Made by a program: the position numbers and the translations under genes. Of a stretch of 64,000 bases of DNA, positions 22,909-29,431 are shown one piece after another (positions within the stretch are counted from its first letter, which is position 1; every line of letters begins with the position of its first letter). The notes beneath the pieces are model-generated. The model was not told where the DNA came from and searched no databases. It saw only the letters and a program-made list of their open reading frames with translations. The stretch comes from an uncultured Actinomycetes bacterium. GTDB lineage: Bacteria > Actinomycetota > Thermoleophilia > Gaiellales > Gaiellaceae. Where the stretch lies: NCBI GenBank assembly GCA_963703095.1, contig OY969787.1:2625510-2689509 (forward strand), given 5' to 3'.

Positions 22909-23391
22909 TCATGCCTCCACCGGCAGCGCGCCGACGAGCTCGATGCCATACTCCTGCGCGGCCGCGTGGATGCGCGCCCCCTCGATGGGCGTCGGCGGCG
23001 GTCCGCCGTCGACACCCGCCGGGAGCGAGATCGCCCGGTAGAAGTCGCCGAGGTGAGGCGTGGTGAGGATGAGGTAGCGCGCGGCCTCCGACGCGATCCG
23101 GAAGCCGTGCACCTCCCCGGCCGGCACGTGCACGAACGAGCCCGCGCCGACCGTCACGCCGGCCTCGTGCCCGAGGAAGAACGTCACCTCGCCGTCGAGC
23201 ACGTAGAAGGACTCCACGTCGGCTGCGTGGCGGTGCAGCGGCACGGTCTCGCCCTTGACGGCCCGCTCGTCGACGAGCGCGAACGCACCGCCCGTCAGCG
23301 CGCCGGTCGCGAGGAAGGAGGTCGACGTGTCCCCCATCCAGCGGAGCTCGGCCTCACCGGCCCGGTAGACGTACGCATTCGTCTTGCTCAC
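22909..23391 (-). CDS. cupin domain protein
   Basis: It has cupin motifs (PLHRHAADVESFYVLDGEVTF...GSFVHVPAGEVHGF). The GTG at 23391 is preceded by GGAGAGAGGAG and forms a GTGA overlap with the TetR stop. Confidence 0.8.
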   Translation of the reverse strand: MSKTNAYVYRAGEAELRWMGDTSTSFLATGALTGGAFALVDERAVKGETVPLHRHAADVESFYVLDGEVTFFLGHEAGVTVGAGSFVHVPAGEVHGFRIASEAARYLILTTPHLGDFYRAISLPAGVDGGPPPTPIEGARIHAAAQEYGIELVGALPVEA

Positions 23392-24035
23392 GATCCCGAC
23401 TCCTCTCTCCCTGACCGCCTCGTCGACGTCGGTCGACGAGCGGCGGGTGCTCCGACATGGCCTGCCACCATCTCCGCCACCTCGCGTGCAGCCCACACCG
23501 GGGTGACGCCTCTCGTGCGCAGCGCCAGGTAGGTACGCGCACCGAACAGCGCGCACACGACCTCGAGCCGGCGCGGACCGATCCGGTGCCCGCGCAGCGC
23601 CGTCCGGACGATGGTCGTGACCGTCGCCCGGAGGTAGGCCTCCCACTCCTGCATCTCCGGGAGCTCCCGCTCGCGCGGATCGCTCTCCAGAGCGGCTCAC
23701 GCCCGGTCGTAGAACGAGAACAGCGCTGTCGCCGCCCGCTCGAGCCGGTCGACAGGATCGCTCGCGTCCCCGACCGCCGCCGCCGCGTCGTCGGGCGAGG
23801 GCGGCTGCGTCCGCTCGAACAGCAGCTCCCCGCACGCCGGCACGAGCTCGGCGAGCGTCGGGAAGTGCCTGTAGACCGTGCCGACGGACACATCCGCGCG
23901 ACGTGCGATCTCCTGCCAGCTCGTCCCGAAGATCCCCTTCTCCGTGTGGAGCTGGAGCGTCGCCTCGAGGCTGCGGCGCCGTGTCTCCTCGGCCGCCGCG
24001 CTCCGCGTGTTCATGTCGTACTCGCGAGGAGTCAC
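23388..24035 (-). pseudogene. TetR/AcrR family regulator interrupted by an in-frame TGA (23697-23699)
   Basis: The N-terminal HTH reads LQLHTEKGIFGTSWQEIARRADVSVGTVYRHFPT. The C-terminal ligand domain (..ELPEMQEWEAYLRATVTTIVRTALRGH..) is in the same frame, separated only by a TGA (..FSFYDRA*AALESD..). The start may be ATG 24014 instead of GTG 24035. Confidence 0.75.
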
Positions 24036-24112
24036 GCGAGCGCTATTGCATGAAGGCTTCTTTCAATCAAATTGGGGAGCAGCTCCGCACTGCGCAGTGC
24101 GTGCGACGAAGG

Positions 24113-24826
24113 TCAGGCCAGCTGCCAGAACGGCCCGACGAGGCCCAGCCCGTCGAGGATCGCCTGGCTCTGCTCGCGCGGGCGCGGACGCCAGTCCGCC
24201 GAGAGTCGGTCGCCCCACCACGCATGTGCCAGCGCCGCCAGTGCCGTGACGCCGATCGTGGCGCCACCCTGTCGACCTCCGAGCCACCGCTCGACGTGCT
24301 CCTCCGACCGGAAGAGGTTCATCGTGCTTCAGGTGAAGACGATGTCGTCCCACCACCGCGCGGCGGGGACGAGGCAGTGGAAGACCGGTGTGTCGTCGCT
24401 CGGGCGCTCATCGCGCACCTCGATCTCGAGGGGCTCCCCGCAGTCGGGGCAGACCGCCTCGATCCGTCCGTCGACGTGCAGGGCGGCGCAGATCCCGAAC
24501 GCGTCCCAGGCGCAGTTCGCGAACCACCAGCGCCCGGACGCGCGCACCCGGTACGCCGTCGGGACGGCAGAGAAGGGATTCGCCATCCGGAGCTCGTCCG
24601 TCGCAGCGTTGAGGACGAGCGCGTGCGCCTCGTGCAGCCGGTGCCAGCCGCTCGTGACCTCCGGCTCGCCGAGGTCGAGCTCTGCAGCGACGTCGTGCGG
24701 CGTCGGTGCGCGCCCGAGCTCGACGAAGAGGCGGTACGTCGTCGCCCGGAGCACGAGATCCCGCTGGTCCACGAGAACACCGTCCCAGATCGCCGAGCGT
24801 CGGTCAATCCGGGCTGCCGACGGCAT
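24113..24826 (-). CDS. alkylmercury lyase (MerB)-family protein with an in-frame UGA at 24329-24331 (possible selenocysteine, or disrupted gene)
   Basis: Two same-frame ORFs join to give ...WFANCAWDAFGI...ARWWDDIVFT[UGA]STMNLFRSEEHVERW... NCAWD resembles the MerB Cys96/Asp99 motif. The UGA aligns with the MerB Cys159/Cys160 pair. See findings. Confidence 0.7.
24299..24316 (-). promoter_or_regulatory. SECIS-like hairpin downstream of the MerB-like UGA
   Basis: The mRNA is UGA + 12 nt + CUCUUCC-GGUC-GGAGGAG. The stem is 7 bp with one G.U pair, and the tetraloop is GGUC. Confidence 0.35.
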
Positions 24827-24868
24827 CACGGCCGACTCGAGTGCCCGCGCGGGGCATAGGCTCCGGCG

Positions 24869-25921
24869 ATGCCACGCGCCCTCGTCCTCGGCGGCACCGG
24901 AGCGATCGGACGCGCCGTCGCACGACGGCTGCTGACCGCGGGCTGGGCTGTCGACCTCACGGGGCGCGATCCGGCGCGCATGGCCGGCGACGTGGCCGGC
25001 GCCGGCGGCCGGTTCCTGCAGTGGGAGCGAGGCGACGCCGCAACGCTGAGCCGTGCGGCCGGTGACGGCGCCGACCTGCTCGTCGACTGCGTGTGCTTCA
25101 CGGCGGTCGACGCCGCGCTGCTGCTGGAGGCCGCGCGCGAGGCCACCTCCATCGTGATGGTCTCGAGCAAGGCGGTGTACCTCGACGCCGCCGGCAACCA
25201 CGTCAACGCCGACGTCCCACCGCGCTTCGACGGCCCGATCCGGGAGGACCACGCGACGGTCGCGCCGGGGAACGGCGACTACGACACCCGGGAGGGCTAC
25301 GGACGCAACAAGGTCGCCGCGGAGCAGGTGCTGCTCGACAGCGGGCTCCCGGTGACCGTCCTCCGGCCCTCCAAGGTGCACGGAGCCGGCGCGCGGCGAC
25401 CGCGCGAGTGGGCGCTCGTCAAGCGAGTGCTCGACGGGCGCCGGGCGCTCTTCCTCGCCGACCGCGGGCGAGGGATCGACCACACGACCGCCGCGGCGAA
25501 CGTCGCGGCGCTCGTCGAGGCCGTCTCCGCCAGGCCGGGGGCGCGGATCCTGAACAGCGCCGACCCCGACGCCCCGACCGCGCTCGAGATCGCGCGCGCC
25601 GTCGCTACCCATCTCGGACACACCTGGGAGGAGATCCTGCTCGACGATGACGCCGACCCCGCGCTCGGAAGGCATCCGTGGGAGGTCGCCCACCCGATCG
25701 TGCTCGACACGACCGCGGCGACGGAGCTCGGCTACGTGCCGGTTGGCGACTACGCGACGACCGTCGTCGAGGAGCTCGACTGGCTCGTCACCGCAGCGGC
25801 CGGGGGGCCTGACGCGGCACTGCTGCCGCCGGCGGACGACCCGTTCTTCGCGCCCTATCTCGACGTCACCGCGGAGGATCGGTTCCTCGCGCGGCGCGGC
25901 GGCGAGCCAGCCGCCGGCTGA
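24869..25921 (+). CDS. NAD-dependent epimerase/dehydratase (extended SDR) family protein
   Basis: The N-terminal Rossmann motif is ALVLGGTGAIGRAVARRLL. The ORF is 350 aa. Confidence 0.8.
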   Translation: MPRALVLGGTGAIGRAVARRLLTAGWAVDLTGRDPARMAGDVAGAGGRFLQWERGDAATLSRAAGDGADLLVDCVCFTAVDAALLLEAAREATSIVMVSSKAVYLDAAGNHVNADVPPRFDGPIREDHATVAPGNGDYDTREGYGRNKVAAEQVLLDSGLPVTVLRPSKVHGAGARRPREWALVKRVLDGRRALFLADRGRGIDHTTAAANVAALVEAVSARPGARILNSADPDAPTALEIARAVATHLGHTWEEILLDDDADPALGRHPWEVAHPIVLDTTAATELGYVPVGDYATTVVEELDWLVTAAAGGPDAALLPPADDPFFAPYLDVTAEDRFLARRGGEPAAG

Positions 25922-25948
25922 CCGATCGGGAACGACTCGGCGAGCCGC

Positions 25949-26173
25949 TCAGCGCGTCACCACCTCGACGACGTCGCCCTCCACGACGACGTGCGCGCGT
26001 CCGACGCGCTGTCCGTCGAAGCGGGCCGACGGGCCCCAGACTCGCGCCCCCGTGCAGGCGCCCGCGAGCTCGTGATGGATGGCGTCGGCGACGTCGGCGA
26101 CGGTCGCCCCCGGCCGGAGCGCGAGCGGCTCGTCGTCGGTCTCCCCCGCATGGCGGAGGTAGACGCGGATCAG
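25949..26173 (-). CDS. stand-alone TGS-domain ORF (DRG-type TGS) without a canonical start codon
   Basis: LIRVYLRHAGETDDEPLALRPGATVADVADAIHHELAGACTGARVWGPSARFDGQRVGRAHVVVEGDVVEVV resembles the C-terminal TGS domain of DRG/Obg-like GTPases. Between the upstream stop (26178) and the domain there is no ATG, GTG or TTG, only a CTG at 26173. Confidence 0.45.
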   Translation of the reverse strand: MIRVYLRHAGETDDEPLALRPGATVADVADAIHHELAGACTGARVWGPSARFDGQRVGRAHVVVEGDVVEVVTR

Positions 26174-26177
26174 CTCT

Positions 26178-27035
26178 CTACCCGCGGCGGTGCTGTGCCG
26201 TCGCGGCGAGACGCTCCGCGGCCTCGAACGGATCCTCGCGCAGGAGGTGGGTGCCGGTGCGGATCGCGAGCTCGGGCGTCGCCCCGCGTCCGGCGATCGC
26301 CACGGGGCGCTCGCGTGCGAAACGGGTGAGCTCGTCCGCGACATCGGCGAGCCGCTCTGTGATCGCGGCGGCGACGACGACGAGCTCCGGGTCGAGCGCG
26401 TCAGCCGTCTCCGCCAGCGTCGCGACGGGCGTGTCCGTGCCGAGGAACGTGACGCGCCAACCGTGCTGGCGCAGAGCGAGGCCGAACACGATCATGGCCA
26501 GGTCGTGGTGCTCCTCGCTGGGGGCGGCGAGCAGGACGCGCGGCCCGGCCCCCTTGTCCCACCCGCGCGCGAGGCCGAGGAGGCGGCCCCGCAGGAGCGA
26601 CGAGGCGAAGTGCTCCTGGGCGACGGTCGTCTCGCCTCGCTCCCAGCGCTCGCCGAGCTCGCGCAGAACGGGCAGCACTGATTCGCGGAGCACCGTCTCG
26701 AGCGAGAAGTCCGCGAGCAGCCGGTCGAAGGCGGCGTTCGCGGCGCTGTCGTCGAAGTCGAGCAGAGCGGTGAGGAAGGCGTGCGAGCCGTCCGCGGGCA
26801 GCTGCGCGACGGATGCGCTGTCGGCGCGGGCGACCGCCAGCTGCGCTGCCTGCGCCGCCGAGAGGCCGTCCTCGAGCAGCCCGCGCATCGCGCGGATGCG
26901 CCCCTCGTCCTCGGTCGAGTAGAGCCGGAAGCCACCGGGCGAGCGCGCCGGACTGAGGATCCCGTAGCGACGCTCCCACGCCCGGAGCAGCTCCGGCGAG
27001 ACGCCCGTGCGGCGGGCAAGCTCGCCGATCCGCAT
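26178..27035 (-). CDS. MerR-family regulator with C-terminal cobalamin (B12)-binding domain (CarH/LitR-like)
   Basis: The N-terminus has a MerR HTH (MRIGELARRTGVSPELLRAWERRYGILSPARSPGGFRLYS). The C-terminus is a B12-binding-like Rossmann domain (RVLLAAPSEEHHDLAMIVFGLALRQHGWRVTFLGTDTP...VVVAAA). I chose the ATG at 27035 as the start. Confidence 0.75.
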   Translation of the reverse strand: MRIGELARRTGVSPELLRAWERRYGILSPARSPGGFRLYSTEDEGRIRAMRGLLEDGLSAAQAAQLAVARADSASVAQLPADGSHAFLTALLDFDDSAANAAFDRLLADFSLETVLRESVLPVLRELGERWERGETTVAQEHFASSLLRGRLLGLARGWDKGAGPRVLLAAPSEEHHDLAMIVFGLALRQHGWRVTFLGTDTPVATLAETADALDPELVVVAAAITERLADVADELTRFARERPVAIAGRGATPELAIRTGTHLLREDPFEAAERLAATAQHRRG

Positions 27036-27057
27036 GAACGCCGCATCTGGCACGGGG

Positions 27058-27092
27058 AGAGCATAGCAAAACATGGACATTTATTTGACAAG
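27058..27092 (-). promoter_or_regulatory. AT-rich promoter/operator candidate with 11-bp-phased direct repeats overlapping a -35-like TTGTCA
   Basis: The minus strand reads cTTGTCAAATAAA TGTCCATGTTT TGCTATGCTCT. The middle repeat fits nTGTnnAnnTn perfectly, and that motif is the reverse complement of the CarH operator repeat nAnnTnnACAn as I recall it. The site lies about 20-55 nt upstream of the regulator's ATG. Confidence 0.4.
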
Positions 27093-27276
27093 GTCTGGTC
27101 GACGCGGATACCCTCCACCCATGGGTCGCCGCCGCGAGAGCATCCCTGCATCGTCGAGCGCCACCTGGGCTCGACCGCGAGGCCCGCGGAGGCGTCGCTC
27201 CACCCCGCCGTCGTCGACGGCGGGGCGCGATCCGGTCGCTCTGCCCTCCTGAGCTGCCTCATCGCGTCCCCGCGCG

Positions 27277-27308
27277 GGCGCCCGCCGATCTCAGCCCCGG
27301 CGGGCGCC
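27277..27308 (-). terminator. GC-rich hairpin downstream of hisIE (candidate his-operon terminator, no U tract)
   Basis: It has a perfect 11-bp stem, ggcgcccgccg / cggcgggcgcc, with a 10-nt loop. It lies about 47 nt past the hisIE stop. Confidence 0.45.
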
Positions 27309-27354
27309 TCGCGCGCCTGGCACGACCGTCGTCGGGCAGGAGCGTGGCGACCGG

Positions 27355-27912
27355 CTAGCCTCGGTCCGCGTGCCTGCGACGCAACTCGTCGTCGACCAGC
27401 GTCGGGTCGAGACCGCGGGCGGCGAGCACGACCAGGGCGTGGAACCACAGGTCTGCGACCTCCTCGACCAGGCGGTCGTCGCTCTCGCCGATCGCGGCGA
27501 GCACGACCTCGACGCCCTCCTCGGCGACCTTGCGCGCCGGTGCCGCGGGCCCGCCGTCCAGCAGCCGCACGACGTACGACCCTTCCGGCCGCATCGCCTC
27601 GCGCTCCTTGATCACGCGCCAGAGCCACGGCGCGAAGCACGACTCGGCGCCCGTGTGACAGGCCGGGCCGGCCGGGCGCACGCGGTAGAGGAGCGCATCG
27701 CCGTCGCAGTCGTCGCGGATCTCCTCGACGGCGAGGGTGTTCCCCGAGGTCGCGCCCTTGTGCCACAGCTCGCCGCGCGAGCGGCTCCAGAACCAGGCCT
27801 GGCCCGTCTCCCGGGTGCGGCGCTGGGCCTCGTCGTCGGCGTACGCGAGCATCAGCACGCGGCCGGTGTCGACGTCCTGCACGACCACGGGGGTCAGGTC
27901 CGGATGCTCCAT
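27355..27912 (-). CDS. hisI: bifunctional phosphoribosyl-AMP cyclohydrolase / phosphoribosyl-ATP diphosphatase HisIE
   Basis: The HisI part reads [22 protein letters not shown]...[19 protein letters not shown]...DCDGDALL...CHTG. The HisE part reads [10 protein letters not shown]...[10 protein letters not shown]...[14 protein letters not shown]. Confidence 0.92.
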   Translation of the reverse strand: MEHPDLTPVVVQDVDTGRVLMLAYADDEAQRRTRETGQAWFWSRSRGELWHKGATSGNTLAVEEIRDDCDGDALLYRVRPAGPACHTGAESCFAPWLWRVIKEREAMRPEGSYVVRLLDGGPAAPARKVAEEGVEVVLAAIGESDDRLVEEVADLWFHALVVLAARGLDPTLVDDELRRRHADRG

Positions 27913-28636
27913 CCCATCTCCTTCAGCTCGGCCTTCAGCTCCGGCAGCCGCTCGGGCCGCTCGTGGACGATCGACGCGATCAACGCCGCCTCGGCGCCGA
28001 TCGCGAACGCCTCGGCGAGGTGCCGCGCCTCGCCGGCGCCGCCGGACGCGATCACCGGCACCTCCACCGCCTCGACGACGGCCCGCGTCAGGTCGAGGTC
28101 GTACCCGGCCCGGGTGCCGTCGGCGTCGATCGAGGTGAGGAGGATCTCCCCCGCGCCGCGGTCGACCGCCTCTCCGGCCCAGTCGACGGCATCCCGTCCG
28201 CGGGGGGTCCGACCGGCATGGGTCACGACCTCGCCTCCGCGAGCGTCGATCGCGACCACGACGGCCTGCGAGCCGAACTCCTCGGCGAGGCGCGTGAGGA
28301 TCGACGGATCGTCGAACGCGGCACGGTTGACCGCCACCTTGTCCGCGCCCGCGAGCAGGAGCGCGCGCGCGTCCGCGACGTCGGTCACGCCGCCCCCGAC
28401 AGTGAACGGGATGGTCAGCTCGTCCGCGGAGCGGTGGATCACGTCGAGGATCGGGCCCCTCCCCTCGAGGGTCGCCGTGATGTCGAGGAACACGAGCTCG
28501 TCCGCGCCCAGCTCCGAGTAGCGCGTGGCGAGCTCGACCGGCTCCCCCATCTCGCCGGAGGTGCGACGAAGTTGACGCCCTTGACGACGCGCCCGTCGGC
28601 GACGTCGAGGCAGGGGATCACACGCTTCTTGACCAT
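27894..28636 (-). pseudogene. hisF: imidazole glycerol phosphate synthase cyclase subunit HisF, frame broken within 28542-28564
   Basis: [24 protein letters not shown] is in one frame. [29 protein letters not shown]...IPFTVGGGV...ASGGAG... is in the -1 frame. The span is 743 nt, which is 3n+2. Confidence 0.9.
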
Positions 28637-29220
28637 CGCAGGAGGTTCTCGAGGATGCGGGCGCCGACCGGGCCGCTCCGCTCCGGGTGGAACTGCACGC
28701 CGGCGAGCGCACCCGACTCGACGGCCGCGACGACCGGCCCGTCGTGCTCCACCGTCGCGACGGTGACGTGCGGCTCGGCCGGCTCGACCGCGTAGCTGTG
28801 CGCGAAGTACACGTCCGCCCCCGCCGCGCCGTCGAGCAGCGACGAAGGGCCGGTCAGCTCGAGCGCATTCCAGCCCATGTGCGGGACGCGGTGGGCCCGC
28901 AGGCGGCGCACGGGCCCGCGGAGCAGCCCCAGCCCCGAGCCGCCCTCCTCGCTCGCCTCGAAGAGGAGCTGCAGGCCGACGCAGATGCCGGCGACAGGCT
29001 CGCCGGCCGCGACCCGCTCGCGGAGGGCATCGTCGAGCCCGCTCCGCGCGAGACCCGCGGAGGCGCTCTCGACGTGCCCGACGCCCGCGATCAGCGCGAG
29101 CGGCGCCGTGCGGACGACACGCGGATCGGTCGTCACGACCGGCTCGGCGCCGGCGCGCGTGAGCGCCGAGGCGAGGCTGCGCAGGTTGCCGGCGCCGTAG
29201 TCCGCGAGCGCGACCCTCAC
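28618..29220 (-). CDS. hisH: imidazole glycerol phosphate synthase glutaminase subunit HisH
   Basis: The translation shows VRVALADYGAGNLRSLASAL..., a catalytic GICVGLQLLF and HMGWN...VQFHPE. An alternative in-frame GTG start is at 29268. Confidence 0.88.
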   Translation of the reverse strand: MRVALADYGAGNLRSLASALTRAGAEPVVTTDPRVVRTAPLALIAGVGHVESASAGLARSGLDDALRERVAAGEPVAGICVGLQLLFEASEEGGSGLGLLRGPVRRLRAHRVPHMGWNALELTGPSSLLDGAAGADVYFAHSYAVEPAEPHVTVATVEHDGPVVAAVESGALAGVQFHPERSGPVGARILENLLRWSRSV

Positions 29221-29431
29221 GGCGACCGCCGACGAAGGGGCGTCTCCAGCGTCTCCGGTGTCAGACACCCGGACCTGGCGAGCCGTCGAGAGACACCGCG
29301 GGTCGTCGCCAGCGACGCACGCCCGGCCTGCAACGAGGCACGTCCACCCTGTGGAGCGATTGGCACGAAGTCGGCGCGATCCCCCCTTGACAGGATCGGG
29401 TGTCTGGCACCGAACCCGGCACTGGATCCCG

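Noticed and set aside
23655-23699. Selenocysteine reading of the TetR in-frame UGA
   Set aside because: The only hairpin (CGCUC-UGGA-GAGCG) begins 4 nt after the UGA, much closer than bacterial SECIS spacing. There is also no redox or catalytic rationale for Sec in a TetR ligand domain. I treat it as a nonsense codon or an error.
24036-24112. 16-bp perfect palindrome cgcactgcgcagtgcg as a TetR operator
   Set aside because: It lies directly 3' of the MerB-like stop. A second small hairpin and AAUUUGAUU follow it on the mRNA, so it is more simply a terminator for that gene. The AT-rich stretch beyond it may hold the TetR promoter, but I cannot define an operator from a single sequence.
27121-27252. 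Small plus-strand ORF (MGRRRESIPASSSATWARPRGPRRRRS...) in the hisIE to CarH-like spacer
   Set aside because: Its composition is typical of non-coding GC-rich sequence. It has no RBS and no recognisable motif. The region is better explained as terminator plus promoter space.
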